A stretch of 64,000 nt of DNA, from the NCBI GenBank assembly GCA_963790475.1, contig CAWBOS010000012.1, positions 1-64,000 on the forward strand, given 5' to 3'. Made by a program: the position numbers and the translations under genes. The DNA comes from an uncultured delta proteobacterium. Its GTDB lineage: Bacteria; Desulfobacterota; RBG-13-43-22. Below the pieces are notes generated by a model that saw nothing but the letters and a program-made list of their open reading frames with translations, did not search any database and was not told where the DNA came from. Shown here one piece after another: positions 45,927 through 55,321 of the stretch. Position 1 is the first letter of the stretch, and every line of letters begins with the position of its first letter.

Positions 45927-45956
45927 TTGACAAAGAAAGGCTTATCGACTTAAATA
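45927..45956 (+). promoter_or_regulatory. Probable sigma-70 promoter of the aro operon
   Basis: TTGACA at 45927-45932 with TTAAAT/TAAATA 17-18 bp downstream, about 30 bp before the leader ATG. Confidence 0.55.
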
Positions 45957-45987
45957 TAAGCCATTAACGGGAACTCAAAACAAAAAA

Positions 45988-46083
45988 ATGGGTAGCAAAT
46001 TGTTCAATTTCAGTTCCAAATTTTGGTTTTATTTTTATTATTACTACTTCCTACCGGTCTGCCCATCGCTTAGGAGTTCATAG
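45988..46083 (+). CDS. Aromatic-amino-acid attenuator leader peptide (31 aa)
   Basis: MGSKLFNFSSKFWFYFYYYYFLPVCPSLRSS*; ten consecutive aromatic codons at 46021-46050. Confidence 0.85.
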   Translation: MGSKLFNFSSKFWFYFYYYYFLPVCPSLRSS

Positions 46084-46109
46084 AGAAACTTAAAAAAAGA
46101 AAGAAATCA

Positions 46110-46161
46110 AAAAAAGCCATGGGGAGACAGAAAGAGTGCTCCCCATGGCTTTTTTATTTTT
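46110..46161 (+). terminator. Attenuator terminator hairpin
   Basis: AAAAAAGCCATGGGGAG / CTCCCCATGGCTTTTTT; the 5' arm can instead pair with 46057-46071. Confidence 0.88.
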
Positions 46162-46220
46162 GAGAGTTGGCCAAGCCGTGAGCACCGACATCGGCCCTGT
46201 GTCTAAGGAAGGAGTTACCA

Positions 46221-47250
46221 ATGGTGATCGTAATGAAAAAACAGGCTACAGACGAAGAGATAAACAATGTCATCCAATGGATAGAATCCGTGGGCTACCA
46301 GACCCACCCCTCAAGGGGAGTTGCCCAAACCATCATCGGTGTGGTAGGCGACGACCGAGGGAAGGAGCAATTGAAGTCGGTAGAGTATCTGCCCGGGGTG
46401 GAAAAAGCCGTTAGAATTCTGAAGCCCTATAAGCTGGCCAGCAGAGAGGCTAAAACAGGAGACACCATCGTCCGGGTCGGGGATATACAAATCGGCGGTC
46501 CGGAATTTATCGTCATGGCCGGCCCCTGCTCTATCGAGAGTGATGAACAACTCATGGAGAGCGCCTATATTATAAAAAAAGGAGGCGCTCATATCCTGAG
46601 AGGCGGGGCCTACAAACCCCGGACTTCACCCTATAGTTTTCAAGGTCTGGAAGAAGAGGGGCTGAGGATGTTGAAAAAGGTCAGGGATAAAATGGGGACT
46701 CCCGGTGGTCACCGAGGTCATGAATACCACAGAGGTGGAGCTGGTCGAAGAAAACTGCGATATCTTGCAGATCGGGACTCGGAATGTCCAAAATTTTCCT
46801 CTCTTAAAAAAAGTAGGCCAGACCCGAAAGCCGGTCCTTTTAAAGAGGGGCATGATGACTACCATCGAAGAGCTCCTGATGTCCGCCGAATACATTCTTT
46901 CCGAGGGAAACAATCAAGTCATCCTCTGCGAACGGGGGATCCGAACCTTTGAAACCGCCACCCGCAATACCCTGGATTTGAGCGCCGTCCCGGTATTAAA
47001 GGAATTGACACACCTTCCGGTGATTGTCGACCCCAGCCATGCCACCGGCCATTGGAAGTATGTCCTGCCCTTATCCAAAGCCGCCATGGCCGTGGGTGCC
47101 GACGGGTTAATTATTGAAGTCCATCCCCAGCCGGAAAAGGCCCTCTGTGACGGGGCACAATCTTTAAAACCGGAAAAGTTTTACCAATTGATGGAGGAAT
47201 TAAGGATGCTCCAGGGAGTTTTAAGAAAAGAAACAGGAGTCCGGCAATGA
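46221..47250 (+). CDS. aroF: DAHP synthase, type I-beta with N-terminal regulatory domain; frameshift at G run 46694-46697
   Basis: [24 protein letters not shown], then in the second frame [28 protein letters not shown]. Confidence 0.92.
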
Positions 47251-48341
47251 ATCAGATCAAAGTCCAATTGGATTCTCAAATTTCTCATTCTTATAAAATT
47301 CATATCGGCCGGGATATTATCGATCGCGTCGGGGTCCTTTTAAATAAAGGGAATTGGATTAATCGCTATGTCATTATCACCGATTCCCGAGTTAATACTC
47401 TGCACGGGAAAAGGGTATTGGATAGCTTAAGACAGATGGATTTAAAAATTGATTTGATCAGTTTTCCTGCCGGGGAGCCCTCTAAAAATATTCAGACCTG
47501 CCTCCAGTTGGTGGAAAAGCTTATTGCCCTGGGTGTTGACCGGCATACGGCCCTGATTGCCCTGGGAGGAGGGGTGACCGGGGATATGACGGGGTTTATT
47601 GCCTCCATTTATATGAGAGGCCTGCCTTTTTTTCAGCTACCCACGACCCTGATGGCCCAGGTGGACAGCAGCATTGGCGGCAAAACCGGGATTGATATAC
47701 CGGCCGGGAAAAATCTCTTGGGGACCTTCTATCAGCCCCAGGCCGTTTTTATCGACCTGACTTTTCTCCAGACCTTGCCGGACTCTGAATTCAACAACGG
47801 CCTTTCTGAAATCCTGAAACACGGGATCATCGAAGACCCCCAGCTCTTAACCTCCCTTGAGGAAGAGACCCAGGCTGTGCGGAAAAGGGATTTTAAGCTG
47901 CTGGAAAAGATCATCACCAAATCCTGCCGGATCAAAAAAAGAATCGTGGAAATGGACGAGAAGGAAGGGGGCCTGCGCCGCATTCTCAACTTTGGCCATA
48001 CCCTCGGGCATGCCCTGGAATCCGAATCGGGTTATGCCCTCTCTCATGGCCAGGCGGTGGCCATCGGTATGGTCTATGCCGCTACCCTGTCTGAAAAACT
48101 AAATTATTTGCCATCGACGGACCGGGAGCGGATAGAATCCCTAATCAAGGCCTTCGAACTGCCTCATCGCATCCCCAAGGACCTGGAAACGAAAGCCCTG
48201 ATGTCACGACTGACGAAAGACAAGAAAAAAGAAGGGTCACATATTCCCTTCATCCTGTTGAAAAAGATCGGACTCCCTTTCATTAACGGAGACATATCCA
48301 AAACCGTTATCTGGGAAACCGTTGAGGCCCTGAAAGCATGA
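47247..48341 (+). CDS. aroB: 3-dehydroquinate synthase
   Basis: [38 protein letters not shown]. Confidence 0.96.
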   Translation: MNQIKVQLDSQISHSYKIHIGRDIIDRVGVLLNKGNWINRYVIITDSRVNTLHGKRVLDSLRQMDLKIDLISFPAGEPSKNIQTCLQLVEKLIALGVDRHTALIALGGGVTGDMTGFIASIYMRGLPFFQLPTTLMAQVDSSIGGKTGIDIPAGKNLLGTFYQPQAVFIDLTFLQTLPDSEFNNGLSEILKHGIIEDPQLLTSLEEETQAVRKRDFKLLEKIITKSCRIKKRIVEMDEKEGGLRRILNFGHTLGHALESESGYALSHGQAVAIGMVYAATLSEKLNYLPSTDRERIESLIKAFELPHRIPKDLETKALMSRLTKDKKKEGSHIPFILLKKIGLPFINGDISKTVIWETVEALKA

Positions 48342-49417
48342 TAAAGAATTCCATAAAAAAATTAAGAGAAGCCTTAAGAACAAAAGACCAGGAAATTGTT
48401 TCTCTTCTCAATGAACGGGCCGCATTGGCCCTTGAGGTGGGGCGGATTAAGAATGAGAACGGCCGGGAGGTCTATGATCCTTCTCGGGAAAGCCTGGTTT
48501 ATCAGTATCTATCCCAGATCAGCCAGGGACCTCTGCCCGATAAGGCGTTGCGGGATATCTACCGTGAGATTATCTCCGCCTCGCGAGCGCTTCAGGGACC
48601 TATTACCGTGGCCTATTTTGGTCCGGAGGCCTCTTTTACCCACTTGGCCGCCCTGGCCCATTTCGGCCAATCGGCGAGACTTTCACCGCAAACGACTATC
48701 GCCCTGGTCTTTGAACAAGCCGAAAGAGAGAGAAGTGCCTATGGCGTGGTGCCCATTGAAAATTCCGGTGAGGGATCGGTTAAACCAACTTTGGACCGTT
48801 TGATTTCCACCCCTCTTTCTATCCGGGCCGAGGTTTTTTTGAGGATTTCTCATTATCTTCTGGCTTCCCCTGAAAAGATGAAGAAGATCAAAAGGGTCTA
48901 CTCCCATCCCCAGGCCCTCGCTCAATGTCAGGGTTGGCTGGAGAAAAACTATCCTAAGTCCACCTTGCTGAAAGTAGAAAATACGGCCGAAGCTGCCAAA
49001 AAAGTTTTAGAGGACCGAGAGGGAGCGGCCATAGGCAGCTTGCAGGCCGCCCAATTGTATGGACTTAAAATCCTGGCCGACCGGATTGAGGATCACCCTT
49101 TAAACACCACCCGATTCCTCATCCTGGGCAAAGATCAAAGTGAACCTACCGGAAAGGACAAGACCTCCATCCTCTTTGGGACCACCCATGTGCCCGGGGC
49201 CTTGCTTCAGGCCCTGGAACCCTTTGCCCAGGAGGGGCTTAATCTCCTCAAGATTGAGTCCTATCCCTGGCCGGATCGGATGTGGGAATATCTCTTCTTC
49301 GTTGATTTCGCCGGACATAAAGAGGATGAGAAAGTCCAAAGCTGTTTAAAAAAAATCGGCCAGGTTACCCATTATGTCAAAGTCATGGGGTCTTATCCCC
49401 GGGGAGAAACACCTTGA
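48338..49417 (+). CDS. pheA: Chorismate mutase/prephenate dehydratase
   Basis: N-terminal chorismate mutase, PIENS, SHPQALAQC, NTTRF, ACT domain. Confidence 0.95.
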   Translation: MIKNSIKKLREALRTKDQEIVSLLNERAALALEVGRIKNENGREVYDPSRESLVYQYLSQISQGPLPDKALRDIYREIISASRALQGPITVAYFGPEASFTHLAALAHFGQSARLSPQTTIALVFEQAERERSAYGVVPIENSGEGSVKPTLDRLISTPLSIRAEVFLRISHYLLASPEKMKKIKRVYSHPQALAQCQGWLEKNYPKSTLLKVENTAEAAKKVLEDREGAAIGSLQAAQLYGLKILADRIEDHPLNTTRFLILGKDQSEPTGKDKTSILFGTTHVPGALLQALEPFAQEGLNLLKIESYPWPDRMWEYLFFVDFAGHKEDEKVQSCLKKIGQVTHYVKVMGSYPRGETP

Positions 49418-50109
49418 GGATCTGTGTTCCCATTACCTCCACCACGACAGCCGAGGCCTTACACAAGATGGAGGAAGGCTTTGGTCTGGCAGATATTTTA
49501 GAACTGAGGATCGATGGAATCCGAAAAGTTGATTTAGAAAAATTACTGGCTGGCCGCAAAGGGGAACTCATAGTCACCAACCGGGTCAAAGAAGAGGGTG
49601 GGGCTTTTATTGGTGGAGAAAATGAACGGGTGGCCCTTCTAACCAAGGCCGTGGCCCTGGGGAGCGAATACGTGGATCTGGAAATCAGGACCGAAGAAGC
49701 CCTGGTTTTAAAATTGAAGAAAAAAATCGAAGCTTATCAGAGGAAATCCCGATTGATCCTTTCCTATCATAATCTGGAAAGGACACCAAGCCTTAAAGAT
49801 TTAAGAAAGAAAATAGAAGAAGGACACAGGGCCGGAGCGGATATCATCAAGATTGTCCCCCAGGCCCGACAGATGGAAGACAATCTCAAGGTCCTATCCC
49901 TCATCCCCTATGCCCAAAGAAAAGGTCTGCAAATTATAGCCTTTTGCATGGGGGGCCCGGGAAAGATCAGTCGGATCATGGCCCCGCTCCTGGGTTCTTA
50001 TCTGAGTTACGCTTCGTTAACGAAGGGGGAGGAGTCGGCCCCGGGGCAAATGACGATTGGGGAGATCAAAAAGGTTTTCAAAATACTGAATGTTCCGGTG
50101 AGAAAATAA
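49414..50109 (+). CDS. aroD: Type I 3-dehydroquinate dehydratase
   Basis: ELRID, TNR..EEGG, SYHN, ADIIK, MG..G..SR, SAPGQ. Confidence 0.93.
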   Translation: MRICVPITSTTTAEALHKMEEGFGLADILELRIDGIRKVDLEKLLAGRKGELIVTNRVKEEGGAFIGGENERVALLTKAVALGSEYVDLEIRTEEALVLKLKKKIEAYQRKSRLILSYHNLERTPSLKDLRKKIEEGHRAGADIIKIVPQARQMEDNLKVLSLIPYAQRKGLQIIAFCMGGPGKISRIMAPLLGSYLSYASLTKGEESAPGQMTIGEIKKVFKILNVPVRK

Positions 50110-50216
50110 AAAAACGGTTACGGGTTACGCGTTTCGAGTTAGAAGAAAGAGTCTTTTGAGTTATCAATCCACAACCCGTAACTGGCAACCCGCAACAAGA
50201 AAAGAGAAACAAAGGA

Positions 50217-51044
50217 ATGATGTCTTCATCGGATATAAAAATATTCGCCGTTTTCGGAAACCCAATCGCCCACAGTCTTTCACCGCTGATGCATCAGGCC
50301 GCGTTAGACCGATTGGGTCTCAAGGCCCGCTATGTTCCCTTTTGCGTGAAAGACATCGGAAAGGCCGTGGACGGAATCCGGGGCCTGGACATTCAGGGGG
50401 TAAGTGTGACCCTGCCTTTCAAAACGGAGGTCATGAAATATCTGGACGAAGTTGAGGAAAATGCCATTCGGATCGGGGCCGTCAATACCATCCGGAATCA
50501 TCAGGGAAGGTTATGGGATACAATACCGACTGGCTTGGTTTTGTCCTTTCCTTGAAAGAGGGCCTGGAAATCAGAGGGAAAAGATTTGCCGTCCTCGGGG
50601 CCGGGGGTGCGGCCAGAGGCGTTGTTTACGGCCTGATTCAGGAAGGGGCGCTGCCGATTATCCTTAACCGGACCCTTTCCAAAGCAGAGGCCCTGGGAGA
50701 GGAATTCGGCTGCCCATTTTTTCCTTTATCCGAAAAGAAAAAAATTGAAGCGGACTGCCTGATCAATACTACCTCTCTCGGTATGGCCCCGGAGCAAGGG
50801 ATGTCCCCTTTCCCAAAGGGACTTCTTAACCGGTTCCCTTGGGTAGTGGATATCATTTATAATCCCTTACAAACAAAACTACTGAAAGAGGCCGCGGAAG
50901 CAGGATGTAAAACCCTTTCCGGGCTGGGGATGTTTGTTCAGTCAGGGGGCCGAGCAATTGAAGATCTGGACCGGTCTGGAACCCCCCCGGGACTACATGA
51001 AAGAGGTGGTTGCCTCGAAGCTCAAAGAATATGATCGAGATTAA
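50217..51044 (+). CDS. aroE: Shikimate dehydrogenase; two frameshifts (about 50512 and 50940)
   Basis: GNPIAHSLSP, SVTLPFK, GAVNT | GYNTD, GAGGAA, DIIYNP, GLGMFV | QGAEQLKIWTG. Confidence 0.9.
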
Positions 51045-52293
51045 ACCCCTAGGTCAGATCAAGGCCCGGGTCACCATGCCCGGCTCTAAAAGTTACACTC
51101 AGAGGGCCATGATCATGGCCTCCCTGGCCAAAGGAGACTCCCGTCTGCAAGGCCCCCTTATTTCCGAAGATACCGGTTATCTGGCCGAGGCCCTTCGTCT
51201 GCTTGGGGCAAATATGGAGGTCCAAAACGGAGACCTGCTGGTCCAGGGAACTGCAGGGCGAATCAACAATCCACAAAAAGCAATCTATCTGGGGAACAAT
51301 GGCACAGCCCTGCGTTTACTGACCACCGTGGTCTGTCTGGGAAAAGGAGAATTTCTCCTTACCGGTGCCCCCCGTCTTTTGGAAAGACCGGTTCAGCCTT
51401 TGCTGGAGGCCCTGAAGACTCTGGGAGTGAAAGCCATTAGCAAAGGTCAACCTGGATTTCCTCCGGTCCTTATCGAGGCCGATGGTCTTCAAGGCGGCAA
51501 GGTCATTTTGAAAAACATTGAAAGCAGTCAGTATATCTCCTCTCTTTTAATTTCCGCCCCTATGGCCAGGGACGATTTTGCCTTGGAGCTTGAAGGAGCT
51601 ATCCCTTCCCTGCCCTATGTGGAGATGACAATCGCTTTGATGAAACAATTTGGAGTGAAGGTTTCCAGAGAAAATACAACCCGTTTTTTTATAAAAAGCC
51701 GTCAAAAATACCAGGGTATTGATTGCCGGATCGAAGGCGATGTCTCCAGTGCCTCTTACTTTTTTTTAGCCGCCGCCTTGTGCCGGGGGACGATAAAGGT
51801 TCAGCCCATACCCTCCGAAACCCTTCAGGGAGACATCCGCTTTCTCAAGGTCCTGGAAGCGCTCGGATGTACTGTTGTCCGAGGAGATCATTGGGTGGAG
51901 GTTACAGGGAAAAAACTGATTTCAGGAGAATTCGTCTTTGACCTTGGCGATATGCCCGATATGGTCCCTACCCTGGCTATCTTGGCGGCCTGCCGTCCCG
52001 GACGTACGATCATTAAAAATGTCGCCCATCTCAGAATAAAGGAAAGCAACCGTCTGGAGGCCCTGATTCGGGAATTGACCAAAACCGGGATCAAGGCCGA
52101 AGAAACCGAAGACGGTCTAAAAATTGAAGGGGGTAAACCTCAAGGGGCGGAAATCGATACCTATAATGATCACCGGATAGCTATGAGTTTTGCAGTTCTG
52201 GGATTGGTTGTTCCGGGTATTAAAATCAAGGACCCGGATTGTGTAAAGAAATCCTTCCCCGGATTTTGGGAAGAATTGAAGAAACTCTATTAG
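51031..52293 (+). CDS. aroA: EPSP synthase
   Basis: PGSKSYTQR, LGNNGTALR, SSQYISSLL, RIKESNR, DHRIAM, KSFP. Confidence 0.96.
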   Translation: MIEIKPLGQIKARVTMPGSKSYTQRAMIMASLAKGDSRLQGPLISEDTGYLAEALRLLGANMEVQNGDLLVQGTAGRINNPQKAIYLGNNGTALRLLTTVVCLGKGEFLLTGAPRLLERPVQPLLEALKTLGVKAISKGQPGFPPVLIEADGLQGGKVILKNIESSQYISSLLISAPMARDDFALELEGAIPSLPYVEMTIALMKQFGVKVSRENTTRFFIKSRQKYQGIDCRIEGDVSSASYFFLAAALCRGTIKVQPIPSETLQGDIRFLKVLEALGCTVVRGDHWVEVTGKKLISGEFVFDLGDMPDMVPTLAILAACRPGRTIIKNVAHLRIKESNRLEALIRELTKTGIKAEETEDGLKIEGGKPQGAEIDTYNDHRIAMSFAVLGLVVPGIKIKDPDCVKKSFPGFWEELKKLY

Positions 52294-52325
52294 CTTCTAG
52301 CCAAAGATATTTGAAATTTTGAAAG

Positions 52326-52540
52326 GTCCAAGGGGGTCTTATTTTTGGGGGTTGTCCTAAGGGTAACTTATCGCCCTATCCCGGCCCGTCCGGCAAAGTT
52401 TGATTCGAGGCAGGGCCTAAACCTTAGCTTGTTGCGGACATAGGTGAAGGCCTGCTACTGATTTAGTTAAAATATTTGGCCTGGCCCTGAAGCTCATGGC
52501 TTCAGGGTGGACAACCCCCAAAAATAAGACCCCCTTGGAC
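52326..52540. mobile_element. 215-bp MITE-like element with perfect 32-bp terminal inverted repeats
   Basis: GTCCAAGGGGGTCTTATTTTTGGGGGTTGTCC at 52326-52357 and its exact reverse complement at 52509-52540; no coding capacity. Confidence 0.72.
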
Positions 52541-52615
52541 AGGAGACGCCACGAATCATGAAAATAGGTTTCGACGAACGATGAACGACGAACAACGAAG
52601 GTTATTTTCGTATTA

Positions 52616-53242
52616 ATGACAATGAACAACATTATCCTGATAGGTTACCGCTGTACGGGAAAAACCTCTGTCGGGAAACGGCTGGCTGAGAAACTGGAGC
52701 TCCCTTTTTACGACACGGATCCAATGATCACCGACCGTATTGGGAAATCGATCAAGGCCTGGGTGGAGGAAAAGGGATGGGATTCCTTTCGTCAGGAAGA
52801 AAAAGCGGTCATTAAAGAAATTGCCTCCCGGGAACCTGGTGTTATTTCCCTGGGAGGGGGCGCGGTGATGGATCCTGAAAACAGGGAAACATTAAGACCA
52901 ATGGGCTTGATCGTCTGGCTGACCGCCGATGTCGGCACCCTCTTGACCAGAATGAAAACCGATCCCCATACTATCGACAACCGCCCTCACCTGTCAGACA
53001 AGGATTGGGAAAATGAAACCCGGGAAATCCTGACCCGGCGATCGCCGATCTACCGGCAATCATCTGATTTTTCCATAGACACGGAAGGGAAAACGGTCGA
53101 ATCCATTGCCGAAGAACTGGTTGCTCTTGTCAAGAGACAAGGCATCGGGGGCAAAAAACTTGAGGCCACAAACCCAACAAACTCGATGAACACAATGAAC
53201 CGAACAGACCAAACTGACTGGAAAGACGAAACGACTAAATAA
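52616..53242 (+). CDS. aroK: Shikimate kinase (C-terminal tail encoded by microrepeats)
   Basis: GYRCTGKT, DTD, FRQEE, LGGG, RP. Confidence 0.93.
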   Translation: MTMNNIILIGYRCTGKTSVGKRLAEKLELPFYDTDPMITDRIGKSIKAWVEEKGWDSFRQEEKAVIKEIASREPGVISLGGGAVMDPENRETLRPMGLIVWLTADVGTLLTRMKTDPHTIDNRPHLSDKDWENETREILTRRSPIYRQSSDFSIDTEGKTVESIAEELVALVKRQGIGGKKLEATNPTNSMNTMNRTDQTDWKDETTK

Positions 53243-53283
53243 CCAAATAGACCAAACAGACATGAAAGGCCAGAGGAGCGATT

Positions 53284-54339
53284 ATGTCCGGCAATTCAAC
53301 AGGGGTTTTATTTAAGGTTACGACTTGGGGGGAATCTCACGGGCCGGGTTTGGGTGCGGTAGTGGAGGGGTGCCCGCCTTTGATCCCGTTGACCGAGGAA
53401 GACATTCAGAAAGATTTGAAAAGGAGAAAGCCCGGACAAATTCAAAGCGCTTCTTCCCGAAAGGAAGATGATCAGGTGGAGATCCTTTCCGGGGTCTTTG
53501 AAGGCCGGACCACCGGAACCCCCATTGCCCTGCTCATCCGCAATAAAGATGCCGATAGCTCCGCCTATGATGAACTGAAAGATATTTTCCGCCCCGGTCA
53601 TGGGGATCTGACCTATTATAAAAAATACGGGGTCAGGGATCACCGGGGAGGCGGCCGGGCTTCGGGAAGGGAAACGGCGGCCCGCGTAGCGGCCGGGGCC
53701 ATTGCCAAAAAAATCCTGGCCCGGGAAAATATTGAAGTCCTGGCTTATACCCTGGAATTAGGCGGCATCAATGCCGAAATAATTTCCCTTGAGGCCACTT
53801 CCCAAAACACCCTTAGCTGTCCCGATCCTCAGGCGGCCTTAAAAATGGAAGCAAAGTTACGAGAGACCGCCGAGAAAGGGGATTCGCTGGGAGGGATTGT
53901 GGAAATCCTGGTCCGTGGATGCCCTCCGGGTCTGGGGGAACCGGTCTTTGATAAAATGGACGCCGATCTGGCCAAGGCCTTGATGAGCATCGGATCGATC
54001 AAAGGGGTGGAAATCGGTGCCGGATTTAAGGCCGCCCGGATGACCGGGTCCGAGTGTAACGATCCCATCACCCCTGACTGCTTTTTAACCAACCATGCCG
54101 GCGGGATACTGGCCGGTATAACCAATGGGGATGATCTGGTTATCCGGGTGGCTTGCAAACCCATAGCTTCCATCAGGAAAGAGCAGAAAACCATCGATCT
54201 TTCAGGGAAGCCGGTCTCCTTAGCGATCAAAGGCCGACATGATGTTTCAGTCATACCCCGCATCATCCCCGTATGCGAAGCCATGGTCAGCCTGGTGTTG
54301 GTCGATCACCTGTTAAGACAAAAGGCGATAGTCCAATGA
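53284..54339 (+). CDS. aroC: Chorismate synthase
   Basis: TWGESHG, RPGHGD, GGRASGRET, GRHD. Confidence 0.97.
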   Translation: MSGNSTGVLFKVTTWGESHGPGLGAVVEGCPPLIPLTEEDIQKDLKRRKPGQIQSASSRKEDDQVEILSGVFEGRTTGTPIALLIRNKDADSSAYDELKDIFRPGHGDLTYYKKYGVRDHRGGGRASGRETAARVAAGAIAKKILARENIEVLAYTLELGGINAEIISLEATSQNTLSCPDPQAALKMEAKLRETAEKGDSLGGIVEILVRGCPPGLGEPVFDKMDADLAKALMSIGSIKGVEIGAGFKAARMTGSECNDPITPDCFLTNHAGGILAGITNGDDLVIRVACKPIASIRKEQKTIDLSGKPVSLAIKGRHDVSVIPRIIPVCEAMVSLVLVDHLLRQKAIVQ

Positions 54340-55109
54340 AAAAACATCAGATCGGTATTATCGGCGGGACCGGCGGTATAGGAAAATGGTTTGCCCGTTT
54401 TTTTCAGAATGAAGGTTTCAAGGTCCAGATCTCCGGAAGAAAAACCGGACTGGACATTCCCACCTTGGCCCGGGAATGTCCCATCGTGATCGTCAGTGTT
54501 CCCATCAAGGTGACCTGCCAGGTAATTGAACAGGTAGGGCCTTTGATGCCGGCCGAATCCCTGTTGATGGACCTGACCTCTCTCAAGGAAGAACCGGTTA
54601 AAACCATGCTCAAATACTCTCGGTCCGAGGTCATCGGTCTGCACCCCCTGTTCGGCCCTGAAATTAAGGCCCTGACCGGACATAATATTGTCATCTGCCC
54701 GGCCAGGGGGCAGAAATGGCTCCCCCGGATAAAGGCTGTTTTTATAAAAAACCAAGCCCGGATTATCGAGACCACCCCTGAGCGACACGATGAATGGATG
54801 GCCCTGGTCCAGGTTTTGAATCATCTGAATTCCATCACCATGGGGCTGGCCCTGAAGCGGTCCGGTTTTGATCTAAAGGAACTCAATCCGGTGTCCACAC
54901 CGGCCTTCGATGCCAAGATGGATATTCTTAAAAAAATCTTTGGACCTAATTCAGGACTTTACGCCCAAATCATCACCCAGAACCCCCATATCGACCGGGT
55001 CTTCAAGGATTATCAGCAAAGTCTTTCTGAACTGAAAAAATGGATTGACCGGAAGGATAGCGAAGGGCTCCAAAAACGGATTGAGGGCACAAAACTTTTT
55101 TCACAGTAA
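54336..55109 (+). CDS. tyrA: Prephenate/arogenate dehydrogenase
   Basis: IIGGTGGIG, DLTSLK, HPLFGP, HDEWMA; ATG overlaps the aroC stop. Confidence 0.92.
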   Translation: MKKHQIGIIGGTGGIGKWFARFFQNEGFKVQISGRKTGLDIPTLARECPIVIVSVPIKVTCQVIEQVGPLMPAESLLMDLTSLKEEPVKTMLKYSRSEVIGLHPLFGPEIKALTGHNIVICPARGQKWLPRIKAVFIKNQARIIETTPERHDEWMALVQVLNHLNSITMGLALKRSGFDLKELNPVSTPAFDAKMDILKKIFGPNSGLYAQIITQNPHIDRVFKDYQQSLSELKKWIDRKDSEGLQKRIEGTKLFSQ

Positions 55110-55170
55110 ACGATCATGCTTCTGGAAGCGACACGAAGCATGAAAATTTTGTATAACCGGTGAGTTAAGT

Positions 55171-55262
55171 CGTCATTCCGGTCCCGCATTAGGTGCGGGA
55201 TAGACTCCAGCCGGAATCTAGGCTGAAAAACCTCTGGATGCCGGATCGAATCCGGCATGACG
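55171..55262. repeat. REP-like palindromic extragenic repeat
   Basis: CGTCATTCCGG...CCGGAATC...GATGCCGGATCGAATCCGGCATGACG nested hairpins. Confidence 0.65.
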
Positions 55263-55321
55263 GATAAACAACAAGCCTGGAGATTAATCCAGGAGATTTT
55301 CGTATAAAAAGGTAATAACTT

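Noticed and set aside
46690-46700. Programmed ribosomal frameshift in aroF, or in glnD or aroE
   Set aside because: No consistent slippery-site plus structure context; many unrelated genes show similar one-base indels, which points to sequence error.
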